DNA of 64,000 nt from an uncultured Candidatus Saccharibacteria bacterium (GCA_964644965.1 CAZXYN010000002.1:3075-67074), one strand, 5' to 3'; positions 8,124 to 16,630 are shown, counted from the stretch's first letter. Notes: generated from the letters alone by a model not told the origin. Numbers and translations: made by a program.

Positions 8124-10679
8124 TCAGGCGGCTTTTTTGTCGAGCTTGAGCCGTCTAATGCGCAATCTTTCAGATATGATTTTGTGCATATCGCTGACTA
8201 CTAGAGCTACTGCTGCTGGGAAGAATATTGCCAGCAGCGCATCGGTACTTTCTAGGACTTCTAGGCCAAAGAACTTGCGGATTGGTGTATTGAACACGAC
8301 GATGTTGATAGCGATAGAAATACCAATCGCCAGCATCAGTTTGTAGTTAGGGCGAATGAAGTTATGTACCCATGATTTGAACTCAAAGTTCATGTTTAGA
8401 GCATTTGCCCATTGGACGACAATTAAGCCTAAGAAAGCAGCTGTTTGGGCATAGGCCTCGCCCTTACTGAGGTTGAGCTTGAATATGAGCAGGGTACAAG
8501 CGGCGATAGCGACTGCTAGCAGTACGGCGCGGCTCAACAGCACATTGTCTAGTAGCGGAGCTCGTGGATGTCTAGGTGGCTGCTGCATATGATGTGACTC
8601 GGCCGGGCTGAGTCCTAGCGGGATGACAGAAATACCATCTGTTACTAAGTTTACCCATAGAACCATCACAGCAGTAATTGGCAGCGGGATTCCTAGTATT
8701 AGAGCGACCAGCATAGTCAGCACTTCACCACCGCTGGTTGCTAGCAGGTATACAACCATTTTTCTGATGTTGGCCAGCACCGTTCGGCCGGCACGCACGG
8801 CGCTTACGATAGTGTGGAAGTTGCTGTTTGTCAGCACAATATCACTGGCGTCTTTAGCGGCATCGGTACCAGAGCCCATAGCTAAACCAGCATCAGCTTC
8901 GACAAGCGCCGGAATGTCATTGACACCATCGCCTGTCATGGCGGTAATTTCATGACCCTTTACGGCTTTGAGCAGGGCGTATTTATGCTTTGGTAGTACG
9001 CGGCCAAATACCTTGATATTCTCGAGTGATTTCCAGATTTTTTCTGGATTCTTGCTATCTAGAATTGAGCTGTCCGATATTTCTGAGCTCTGACTGGCAA
9101 TACCTACCTGAGAAGCAATATAGCCAGCCGTTTGGACATGATCGCCGGTCAACATGACTACCTTGATGCCGGCTGCTTGAGCCTCGGCGATAGATTGCTT
9201 GACCTTTGGTCGCAGCTGATCGCTGAGCCCAACAAAGCCATTGAATGTCATCTTGCTTAGCACTGTGTGGTCGAGCCGAGTCGGTTCTTTGTCTAGGTGT
9301 TTTTGGGCAAAAGCGATGGTACGGTAGCCCTTGGTTGTGAATTTTTCTAGATGATCTTTGGCTCTCCTGAGGGTTTCCTTAGTTTCGCTGCCAGAGTGGA
9401 ACATTATCTGTTCTGGCGCTCCTTTAATATGCAAAAAATACCCACTAGGGTGTTTCCACAGAATTCCGCTGAGTCGCAACTGTTGGTTGAACGGGAACTC
9501 TTTTACCTTTTTCCAGTTTTTGGGCACTGGAATATGTTCGACTGCTTTGAATAGAATCTGGTCTAGTGGATCGTCGGAGTGTTCGCCGTCGCCATTCAGG
9601 GTGGCGCGCATGCCCTCGTGGAAGATCCGCGTCTCTTCGTGGGCGCTGTAAGTATCGGCGATAGACAGCTTGTTCTTGGTAATCGTGCCGGTTTTGTCGG
9701 TGGCAATCATAGTAATCGCACCCATAGTTTCCATGGCAGATATTTTGCGCACCAGGGCCTTTTGTTTGGCCATCTTACGGGCACTAATTAGCAAGACCAA
9801 AGTCATGGCTACCGGCAGGCCCTCTGGTACTGCTGACACAGCTAAGGCAATTGTGAACTTCAATGCATCGGCAATTTCTAGCCCGCGGTAGATAGCTAGT
9901 CCAAATACCACAACTGTCACTGAGCCAATACCAATTAGAAGCTTCTTGGTCAGGTCATCAATCTTGCGCTGAATTGGTGTTTTGCCGGTGTCGGCTTCTG
10001 AGGCCATGGTGTTGATGGCACCGAGCTGAGTTTCGTTACCGGTATGTGACAAAACCATCAATCCACTGCCGCCGTGCACATATGTACCTTTGAACAGCAT
10101 ATTTTCTTGATCATAAATCTGCTTGGTGCCGCTTATTGCTGCAGCATGTTTATGTACCGGCAATGATTCGCCAGTCAGCATCGATTCGTCAATCTGTATA
10201 TGATTGGCGTCGATTACGCGGCCATCGGCTGGAATCTTCATGCCCTCATGCACTCGCACCACATCACCTGGCACCAGCTCCTCTATATATACAAGGTCAT
10301 CTTTGCCTTTTGGACGTAGTACCGAAACCTTCTGCCTGTCCTGTGACATTAGTGCTTTGACAGCTCGGCTAGCGGAGATCTGCTGGAAGTAGTAAATCAG
10401 CGCGTTGATAACAACTATAATGCTGATAATAATTGCTTCGAACCATTCTTTTTTGAACAAGCTCAATATGGCTGCAAATATAATGACAATCACAAAATAG
10501 CTGGTAAATGGTTCGATTAGGCGCTTGAACAGAGAAGTCTTCTGGACAGACAGCTCGTTGCGGCCATGAATTTTGAGCCGTTTTACAGATTCCGCATCGC
10601 TAATACCCTCGTGATGAGAGCCTAGTCTCAGCAGAGTATCTTCTACTTCTAAGTTGTATATGTGTTTTTGATTGCCCAC
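8124..10679 (-). CDS. P-type (P2-like) cation-transporting ATPase, probably Ca2+/Mg2+ type
   Basis: DKTGTIT phosphorylation site, TGES, PEGLPV in TM4, MLTGDH, TGDGVNDIPAL, and ~10 TM segments. Confidence 0.9.
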   Translation of the reverse strand: MGNQKHIYNLEVEDTLLRLGSHHEGISDAESVKRLKIHGRNELSVQKTSLFKRLIEPFTSYFVIVIIFAAILSLFKKEWFEAIIISIIVVINALIYYFQQISASRAVKALMSQDRQKVSVLRPKGKDDLVYIEELVPGDVVRVHEGMKIPADGRVIDANHIQIDESMLTGESLPVHKHAAAISGTKQIYDQENMLFKGTYVHGGSGLMVLSHTGNETQLGAINTMASEADTGKTPIQRKIDDLTKKLLIGIGSVTVVVFGLAIYRGLEIADALKFTIALAVSAVPEGLPVAMTLVLLISARKMAKQKALVRKISAMETMGAITMIATDKTGTITKNKLSIADTYSAHEETRIFHEGMRATLNGDGEHSDDPLDQILFKAVEHIPVPKNWKKVKEFPFNQQLRLSGILWKHPSGYFLHIKGAPEQIMFHSGSETKETLRRAKDHLEKFTTKGYRTIAFAQKHLDKEPTRLDHTVLSKMTFNGFVGLSDQLRPKVKQSIAEAQAAGIKVVMLTGDHVQTAGYIASQVGIASQSSEISDSSILDSKNPEKIWKSLENIKVFGRVLPKHKYALLKAVKGHEITAMTGDGVNDIPALVEADAGLAMGSGTDAAKDASDIVLTNSNFHTIVSAVRAGRTVLANIRKMVVYLLATSGGEVLTMLVALILGIPLPITAVMVLWVNLVTDGISVIPLGLSPAESHHMQQPPRHPRAPLLDNVLLSRAVLLAVAIAACTLLIFKLNLSKGEAYAQTAAFLGLIVVQWANALNMNFEFKSWVHNFIRPNYKLMLAIGISIAINIVVFNTPIRKFFGLEVLESTDALLAIFFPAAVALVVSDMHKIISERLRIRRLKLDKKAA

Positions 10680-10740
10680 CGCTGTCCTGACGTTACGCTT
10701 TTATTACCTACAAGTTTAACATATGCGGTATTTGGGTATA

Positions 10741-10771
10741 AAAAAACACCCCTGATTAGAGGGGTGTTTTA
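10741..10771 (-). terminator. Bidirectional-type intrinsic terminator downstream of the RRM protein gene
   Basis: ACACCCCT / AGGGGTGT stem flanked by an A-tract and a T-tract. Confidence 0.75.
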
Positions 10772-10787
10772 GGCTTTTGGTAATAAA

Positions 10788-11090
10788 TTACCAGCTGCGG
10801 TTGCCGCCACCACCGCCACCATTGAAATCGCGGCGAGGGCGCTCTTCGCGTGGACGAGCTTCGTTCACGGTAATTGAGCGACCACCGAGGTCAGAGCCGT
10901 TTAGGGCCTTCTCGGCAGCTTTGCCTTCGTCGTCACTTTCGAACTCGACGAAGCCAAAACCTTTGCTGCGACCAGTGTCGCGGTCTTTGACGACGATTGC
11001 TGATGCAACGTTACCGTGAGCAGCGAATACATCGCGAAGCTCATCTTCGGTAGTTGAAAAAGGCAAACCGCCTACAAATAATTTGTACAT
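10788..11090 (-). CDS. RRM-type RNA-binding protein with Gly/Arg-rich tail
   Basis: RNP2 KLFVGGL and RNP1 KGFGFVEF. The C-terminus is RPRRDFNGGGGGGNRSW. The start is set at the MYKLFVGG Met, with the coordinate derived from the ORF-track frame. Confidence 0.9.
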   Translation of the reverse strand: MYKLFVGGLPFSTTEDELRDVFAAHGNVASAIVVKDRDTGRSKGFGFVEFESDDEGKAAEKALNGSDLGGRSITVNEARPREERPRRDFNGGGGGGNRSW

Positions 11091-11310
11091 TTGAATCCTT
11101 GTAGGATTTTGGGTTGTTAAACGCAAGTTTTCGACCTATCTTCTCCGTCTTGCTAGTCGCTTGCCGAACTCTTCCTGCGTTTAAAAACTGAGGCGAACAT
11201 TCATTGATCTACTAGTTAAACAGATTTACCTGCAACTAAAGTAAAGCATGCATTGCAATAAATAGCAAGTAAATTAACAGAGGCGAAGGGCAGATTAAGC
11301 ATAAACATTA

Positions 11311-11339
11311 TTGACAAAATTGCAAAACTACGCTACAAT
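11311..11339 (+). promoter_or_regulatory. Near-consensus sigma-70 promoter
   Basis: TTGACA (11311-11316), a 17-nt spacer, then TACAAT (11334-11339). Confidence 0.7.
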
Positions 11340-11386
11340 GTAGCTATTGACTGACAAACAAACACTAAAAACAAAAGGACAAAACA

Positions 11387-11467
11387 ATGAAAAGTTTCGA
11401 CTACGAACTTCTTCCTACCAGCGACGCAAGTCTACTTGCACTCGATGTTGAGCTAAGAAGTCTTTAA
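11387..11467 (+). CDS. 26-aa small ORF (MKSFDYELLPTSDASLLALDVELRSL)
   Basis: AAGGA lies 9 nt upstream of the ATG. The ORF sits between the consensus promoter and a strong terminator, opposite in orientation to both neighbours. Confidence 0.45.
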   Translation: MKSFDYELLPTSDASLLALDVELRSL

Positions 11468-11481
11468 TATTTACAAAGCAT

Positions 11482-11540
11482 ATCGGTGCCCTGCGACATC
11501 TGAACTTTGGTTTAGATATTCTAAGAGGCACCGATTTTTT
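11482..11540 (+). terminator. Extended hairpin terminator
   Basis: ATCGGTGCC / GGCACCGAT outer stem enclosing an inner ATCTGAAC/GTTTAGAT hairpin, followed by TTTTTT. Confidence 0.65.
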
Positions 11541-12594
11541 ATAGACCGAGAATTTGTTTTTTCTTAGCGTCGAATTCTTCTTGGCTAAGGATTCCCTTGT
11601 CGTAGAGCTTGGCAAGTTTTTCGATTTCGTCGACACCGTCGCCGAATTTTTCTAGTTCATCAATACGAACTGTCTTGGTATCTTTGAATTTGCCTTTTTT
11701 AGGCTGCATTGCTTGTACTTTGAGGATTGCATCGGCAAAGGCTAGGCGATCTGCTTGTTTTACCACCATGACCACTCGTTTGCCTTCAACAGTTTCGATG
11801 ATAACTCCAGTTCCGCCGTAGCGAAGCTTGACCCAAGCGATTTTCTCGATAGGAAGAACATTTTTACCGAAGCTACCACTGTATTCAACCCGGTTAACAA
11901 ACACTCGTGATTTGAAGTTCATGTGGGTTGCGACATAGAGTGGCACGGTGCCGTTGAGCTTGCGCTGAGAGGCAAGGGCGGTTAGTGCGGCGCGCTCACG
12001 AGCATAGATGGCTTTCTTGGTAGGATCAATAAATTTCCCTGGAGCGACATCTACGATTCCAATTGGCTTGCCTGCAACAGGCGACTTATCGGATTTTTTC
12101 TCTGTAGCTTTTTCGTCCCCTGATTTTTTGGAACTTTCGTCCTTGGCTTTTGTATTTGCGGTCTTCTCGGAGTCTTTTTTGTAAGAGGGTACATATGACT
12201 TGGCCAGGCGTTCCTTGGCGGCCTGCTTGGCTTTGGCTTGTCGCTTCTCTTTTTCGGCCTTTTCGTGATCGGCCTTTGAAACCTCTGTGACCTTTGATTT
12301 GCGAGTGCTTGGTTTGACCTCTTCTTTTGCTTCTGGTTCAGCGGGGGCATCCTCTAGTGGAGGAGTCTCTTCTGTAGACCCGTCAATAAAGGCTGGTTCT
12401 TCTAGAGCTACTTCGGTAGTTTCTTCAGTAGCTGGAGCGACTGTTGCTTCGTTTGCGGTCGTTGTATCTGTTGTCTCATCTGTAGGCGTGACGAACTGCT
12501 GAGACTGATAGTCTTCGTCATATTCACGCGTCGACTCAAGAGCCTTCATACTTAGGTCCCGAGCGTTGTCCTTGATTTTGTCAAACAGTCCCAT
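11539..12594 (-). CDS. SHOCT-domain protein with acidic/lysine-rich disordered N-terminal half
   Basis: C-terminal IEKLAKLYDKGILSQEEFDAKKKQIL matches the SHOCT motif. The central part looks like a PH-like beta region and the N-terminal ~170 aa are low complexity. Confidence 0.65.
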   Translation of the reverse strand: MGLFDKIKDNARDLSMKALESTREYDEDYQSQQFVTPTDETTDTTTANEATVAPATEETTEVALEEPAFIDGSTEETPPLEDAPAEPEAKEEVKPSTRKSKVTEVSKADHEKAEKEKRQAKAKQAAKERLAKSYVPSYKKDSEKTANTKAKDESSKKSGDEKATEKKSDKSPVAGKPIGIVDVAPGKFIDPTKKAIYARERAALTALASQRKLNGTVPLYVATHMNFKSRVFVNRVEYSGSFGKNVLPIEKIAWVKLRYGGTGVIIETVEGKRVVMVVKQADRLAFADAILKVQAMQPKKGKFKDTKTVRIDELEKFGDGVDEIEKLAKLYDKGILSQEEFDAKKKQILGL

Positions 12595-12753
12595 GGTTTG
12601 CTTAAATTCCCTCTGGTAGGTGCGGTTATTCTGAATGAACCACTCTCTTATCTAGATGTACTGTACTTGATTATAGAAGGTCTACGCAACATTTTAAAGT
12701 ATTTTTGTCTACAATAAGCTCAAAATACGAACGCTACCCCTTATACTAGACTC

Positions 12754-13287
12754 ATGCCACATATACATTCCGAGCCCGGACAACACGATTTGACAATAGG
12801 TGCGTATGTATTCCGTACGGATTTTGATCAGCCAAAACTGCTCATGCATATGCACAAAAAACTGAACAAGTGGCTGCAGTTTGGTGGACATGTCGAGCTG
12901 GACGAGACACCATGGCAAGCGGTTTCGCACGAATTAACAGAGGAGTCTGGCTATGAGCTATCGCAGTTAAAGCTGTTGCAGCCTAGCGACAGAATGCAGA
13001 AGGTTACACTAGCAAACCTGCACCCGCAGCCTGTGAATGTGAATACGCATCCTTTTAATGACAAGCATTTCCATACGGTGTTGGAATATGCATTTGTGAC
13101 CACTCAGGAGCCAAACCAGGCGATTGGCGAAGGCGAATCACAGCAGCTACAATTATTTACCAGAGAAGAAATCTTAAGATTGCCCGATAACGAAATCTAC
13201 CCCGGCACAAAAGATATCTGTTTGTATATGTTTGATACCTGCCTACCAAACTGGGAGCGGGTCAATCCACTGGACTACCAGCTATAG
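12754..13287 (+). CDS. NUDIX hydrolase
   Basis: Nudix box GGHVELDETPWQAVSHELTEESGY. TATACT lies 6 nt upstream of the ATG. Confidence 0.85.
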   Translation: MPHIHSEPGQHDLTIGAYVFRTDFDQPKLLMHMHKKLNKWLQFGGHVELDETPWQAVSHELTEESGYELSQLKLLQPSDRMQKVTLANLHPQPVNVNTHPFNDKHFHTVLEYAFVTTQEPNQAIGEGESQQLQLFTREEILRLPDNEIYPGTKDICLYMFDTCLPNWERVNPLDYQL

Positions 13288-13322
13288 CTGCACTAGCCGA
13301 ATAGTTTATAATATAGAGTCCT

Positions 13323-14003
13323 ATGTCAGAAGCCTTTCAAGCTACTCAGCCAGAAAATCCAGAAGACGACCAAATTGACCGGTTGGTGCAACAGGTTCGT
13401 GAATACTGGATCGCCGAGCAATCTGCAATAGAGGTAAACGAGGGCAATGAATCCTCTTTGAGTCAAAGCTATCGTGATGACGCTAGAAAGACTTTTGATA
13501 ATCTGGTAGAGCTGACGTACAAGGACGTGTACACGCTCGCCTACCGGATGACTGGTAGAGAGCACGATGCTGAGGATGTCACCCAAGAAGCCTATCGTCG
13601 TGCGTGGGGCGGCCTGTCAAAATTCAAGGGTGATGCACAGTTTACAACCTGGATGCACCGCATCGTTGTCAATGCCTCGAACACCCATATGGGGCGCCGC
13701 AAGCGTCACGAGCACGCGGATTATGAGGATATTCCTGAGAGATCATTAGTAGTGTCTGGTGGACAGGAAGAATCAGCTGCCAACAGGGAACTCAGCCAGG
13801 AATTACAACGGGTGCTTGGAAGTCTGCCAACCAAACTCCGGGCTGTTATAGTTCTGCGCGATATTTATGACCTGCCGCACGCCGAAATCGCCGAACAGCT
13901 TGGAATATCAGAAACCGCAGCCAAAGTACGCCTGCACCGCGCCCGCAGAAAGCTCCGCGAAGAACTCTATCTCCGCAGTGACGAGCTATATCCAAAGCAG
14001 TAG
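13323..14003 (+). CDS. Sigma-70 family (ECF-like) RNA polymerase sigma factor
   Basis: Region 2 (DAEDVTQEAYRRAW...FTTWMHRIVVNA) and region 4 HTH (LPHAEIAEQLGISETAAKVRLHRARRKLRE). Confidence 0.9.
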   Translation: MSEAFQATQPENPEDDQIDRLVQQVREYWIAEQSAIEVNEGNESSLSQSYRDDARKTFDNLVELTYKDVYTLAYRMTGREHDAEDVTQEAYRRAWGGLSKFKGDAQFTTWMHRIVVNASNTHMGRRKRHEHADYEDIPERSLVVSGGQEESAANRELSQELQRVLGSLPTKLRAVIVLRDIYDLPHAEIAEQLGISETAAKVRLHRARRKLREELYLRSDELYPKQ

Positions 14004-14007
14004 GCAA

Positions 14008-14041
14008 AATAAAAACCCGGAGTATATCCGGGTACTTATTT
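14008..14041. terminator. Bidirectional intrinsic terminator
   Basis: ACCCGGA-GTATA-TCCGGGT hairpin (14015-14033) between A- and T-tracts. It ends both the sigma gene (+) and the tRNA array (-). Confidence 0.75.
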
Positions 14042-14074
14042 TGGTAGCAAGGGCGGGACTTGAACCCGCGACCC
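14042..14074 (-). pseudogene. 3' half of a split/disrupted tRNA-like gene (variable loop, T-arm, acceptor 3' strand, CCA)
   Basis: Minus strand reads GGGTC GCGGG TTCAAGT CCCGC CCTTGCT A CCA. No D-arm or anticodon arm lies immediately upstream. Confidence 0.7.
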
Positions 14075-14289
14075 GAAGAAGCTCGGGGAGCTTCTGAGTT
14101 CACGCTAGATGTGCGTCTCCGACTGTTTAGTGATTTGTGGTTGCAAAAGCTTTTCTGATTGTATAGCGCTGAGCGCCGAAGGCGCGACAGGCTTATATAG
14201 CTTCACGCCAGGGAATCTATTTCTTTTCCAAGGAAGGATTCCTTGGGTTCGGCATATATTCTCGCTAATCGCTCGAATATGAGTCTTGC
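14075..14289 (-). other. Hairpin-rich 215-nt spacer inside the tRNA transcription unit
   Basis: Perfect hairpins AGAAGCTC-CCC-GAGCTTCT, CCAAGGAA-TCC-TTCCTTGG and GCGCC-TTC-GGCGC, plus a degenerate CAU anticodon-arm-like piece (AAGACTCATATTCG). No ORF is present. Confidence 0.4.
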
Positions 14290-14306
14290 TTGAAAATTTA
14301 TTTTGG
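14290..14306. repeat. 17-nt inverted repeat, arm 1 (includes the CCA end of tRNA-Met)
   Basis: ttgaaaatttattttgg is the exact reverse complement of 14382-14398. Confidence 0.9.
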
Positions 14307-14380
14307 TAGCGGCGACTGGACTTGAACCAGTGACCCCAGGCTTATGAGTCCTGTGCTCTAACCAACTGAGCTACGCCGCC
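14304..14380 (-). tRNA. tRNA with CAU anticodon: elongator Met or Ile2 (lysidine)
   Basis: 77-nt cloverleaf GGCGGCG TA GCTC AGTTGGTTA GAGC A CAGGA CTCATAA GCCTG GGGTC ACTGG TTCAAGT CCAGT CGCCGCT A CCA. C11:G24 is the elongator type. tilS is present in the window. Confidence 0.9.
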
Positions 14381-14381
14381 C

Positions 14382-14398
14382 CCAAAATAAATTTTCAA
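14382..14398. repeat. 17-nt inverted repeat, arm 2 (5' leader of tRNA-Met)
   Basis: ccaaaataaattttcaa is the reverse complement of 14290-14306. Confidence 0.9.
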
Positions 14399-14400
14399 AT

Positions 14401-14432
14401 CACTGTGCTCTAACCAACTGAGCTACCTTGCC
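14401..14432 (-). pseudogene. 5' half of a split/disrupted tRNA-like gene (acceptor 5' strand, D-arm, anticodon-stem 5' strand)
   Basis: Minus strand reads GGCAAGG TA GCTC AGTTGGTTA GAGC A CAGTG. The acceptor strand is complementary (G-U plus 6 Watson-Crick pairs) to CCTTGCT at 14046-14052. No 3' anticodon strand follows. Confidence 0.7.
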
Positions 14433-14483
14433 TCGTCGAAGTGTAAGAGTAGTAGAGTTCTTACAGATAAAGCGACAGGGGTG

Positions 14484-14512
14484 AGTATAACATCTTTGAC
14501 TATCTTTGACCA
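14484..14512 (-). promoter_or_regulatory. Putative promoter of the tRNA array
   Basis: Minus strand reads TGGTCA-17 nt-TATACT, followed by the discriminator-like ACCCCTGT also seen after the tRNA-Lys promoter. Confidence 0.5.
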
Positions 14513-14516
14513 GAGT

Positions 14517-14876
14517 CTAACAATCCTCGTGGTAGTATTTGTGGGCCCAATTTTTGAGCTCTGTCAGGGCTCTTTTGAGGTCATGTGCCTTCTGGGTGGG
14601 GCTGTAGACAGTGCGTGGCGGGAATTCGTTGAACTTTTGGCGGGTGATGAGTCCGGCTTCCTCGAGCGTTCTGAGACGCTTGGACAGGGTGCGTGGATTT
14701 AGCTTGGGTAGAGATTTCTCGATATCTTTGAATCGGCTGTCGCCATTGAACAGGCAAATCAGTATCAGGCTAGACCAACGATCACCAATAATTTTGAGTG
14801 CACTTTTCATCTCCAGAAAAGGGCCTGGTTCGGCTTGGAGTTTGTCTAATATTTCTTGGGGATTATGCATATTCAT
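14517..14876 (-). CDS. HxlR-family winged-helix transcriptional regulator
   Basis: IIGDRWSSLILICLFNGDSRFKDIEKSLPKLNPRTLSKRLRTLEEAGLITR. It is divergent from an MFS efflux gene. Confidence 0.85.
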   Translation of the reverse strand: MNMHNPQEILDKLQAEPGPFLEMKSALKIIGDRWSSLILICLFNGDSRFKDIEKSLPKLNPRTLSKRLRTLEEAGLITRQKFNEFPPRTVYSPTQKAHDLKRALTELKNWAHKYYHEDC

Positions 14877-14975
14877 ACTTTACTTTGTATAGCATAGTGT
14901 GTAATACTTGAATACATCAATACTATACTAAATATAGTATAACACAAGAATATCTCTTATAAAAGAAAGGCAAAC

Positions 14976-16571
14976 ATGGAATTTCTACGTTCAAAATTAA
15001 AGATGGTCAAGCGCCGTGACTATATACCGGAGAAAGTATATGCTCGTCGCTGGTACACGCTTGGTGTACTCTGTCTGTCACTGATAGTGGTGATGGTGGG
15101 GAACACGGCGCTCAATGTTGCGTTGCCGGTACTTGCGCGTGATTTGTCGGCGACCAACTCGCAGTTGCAGTGGATGGTGGATTCCTATTCGTTGGTGTTT
15201 GCGGGCTTTTTGTTCACGGCCGGCGCCATAGGCGACCGTTTTGGGCGCAAGGGAATACTGCAGGCAGGACTGGTTCTGTTTGGCGCGGCTTCGCTCTATG
15301 CTGGGACTCTGGCAGAAACAGCTACGGCGCTAATTGTGGCAAGGGCTTTCATGGGTCTAGCTGGCGCTATGATTATGCCGGCTACGCTGTCTATTCTGAC
15401 AAATATTTTCCCTACGAAAGAACGTGCCCGAGCTGTTGGTATTTGGGCGGGTGTTAGTGGCGCCGGTGTGGCGCTGGGACCACTGCTAACAGGCTTCGTT
15501 TTAGAGCACTTCAGCTGGCACGCAGTGTTCCTGATAAATATTCCACTGATTGTAATCACGCTGCTGACCGGTGTATTTCTGGTGCCGCGGACAGCTGATC
15601 CTGAACATACGCATCTGGATCCAGTCGGGGCCGGGCTGTCTATTGTCGGACTAGTGTCACTGGTTTACGCAATTATCGAAGGTCCGCATCACGGCTGGAC
15701 ATCGGCGATGACGCTAGGAATCGGTGCGCTTGGTCTGCTGGCGCTTGGCCTGTTTGTTCTGTGGGAACTTCACCACAAGAATCCGATGCTCGATGTACGG
15801 CTATTCAAAATACCGGCCTTTGGTATCAGCTCGTTGACGTTGACATTAGTGTTCTTTGCGCTGATGGGCATTTTCTTCAATATGAGCCAGCTGTTGCAGC
15901 TGGTGTTTGGCTATTCGCCGCTTGAATCCGCCGTACGCATGTTGCCAGTGGCCTTTACGATCATGATTGCTGCGCCATTGTCACCTAGGCTGGTTGAAAA
16001 GTTCGGCAAAAGAAGAGTAGTAGCGGCTGGTATGTTGCTGGTGGCAATCGGCACCTTCAGTTTGTCTCTGATTGGTCTGGATTCGCCGTTCATCGCACTA
16101 GCTGGCTGTATGGTACTGGTGGCCATGGGTATGGGTACAGCAATGTCGCCAACGACTGATCTGCTGATGTCGGCTGTGCCAAAAAACCGCGCCGGTATGG
16201 GTTCTGCTATGAACGATACTACACGCGAACTGGGGGGAGCGTTAGGTATCGCTGTGCTCGGGAGTATTCTCGCGTCACAGTATTCGAACAGAATTGCGCC
16301 AGTTGTGGCTCAGGTTCCTGAATCTGCCAAATCTTTCGTGGAACAATCTCTAGCCGGTGCGTTGGCTGTTGCCGAGCAAGCTGGTGCTGCTGGCGAACCA
16401 CTGGTTCGGGCTTCTAAAGAAGCTTGGTTGGGTGGCTATCGCTACTCACTAATTATTGGTGCGATAATGATTGCCATTGCTGCCATCATTGCCTACAGAG
16501 GTCTACCTGATTCGGCCGCCGACGAAGAAATCCCAGAAGAGGGTAATTTCGAAGCCTCAGAGCTGAAGTAG
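14976..16571 (+). CDS. MFS transporter, DHA2 (EmrB/QacA-like, 14-TMS) drug:H+ antiporter
   Basis: Motif A-like GAIGDRFGRKG, ~14 hydrophobic segments, and length typical of DHA2. Confidence 0.85.
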   Translation: MEFLRSKLKMVKRRDYIPEKVYARRWYTLGVLCLSLIVVMVGNTALNVALPVLARDLSATNSQLQWMVDSYSLVFAGFLFTAGAIGDRFGRKGILQAGLVLFGAASLYAGTLAETATALIVARAFMGLAGAMIMPATLSILTNIFPTKERARAVGIWAGVSGAGVALGPLLTGFVLEHFSWHAVFLINIPLIVITLLTGVFLVPRTADPEHTHLDPVGAGLSIVGLVSLVYAIIEGPHHGWTSAMTLGIGALGLLALGLFVLWELHHKNPMLDVRLFKIPAFGISSLTLTLVFFALMGIFFNMSQLLQLVFGYSPLESAVRMLPVAFTIMIAAPLSPRLVEKFGKRRVVAAGMLLVAIGTFSLSLIGLDSPFIALAGCMVLVAMGMGTAMSPTTDLLMSAVPKNRAGMGSAMNDTTRELGGALGIAVLGSILASQYSNRIAPVVAQVPESAKSFVEQSLAGALAVAEQAGAAGEPLVRASKEAWLGGYRYSLIIGAIMIAIAAIIAYRGLPDSAADEEIPEEGNFEASELK

Positions 16572-16630
16572 CTGATCTATAAATCTAAAACATAAGCCTA
16601 ATCTTAGGGTTTTGGATTATGATGTAAGTA

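Noticed and set aside
14042-14432. tmRNA, a Y-RNA-like molecule or a group I intron as the explanation for the tRNA-like ends around a long insert.
   Set aside because: For tmRNA there is no G3-U70 pair, no tmRNA D-loop analogue and no resume-codon/tag ORF. For a group I intron I found no P3/P7 core or terminal G context recognisable by eye. The intron possibility is not fully excluded and needs covariance-model searches.
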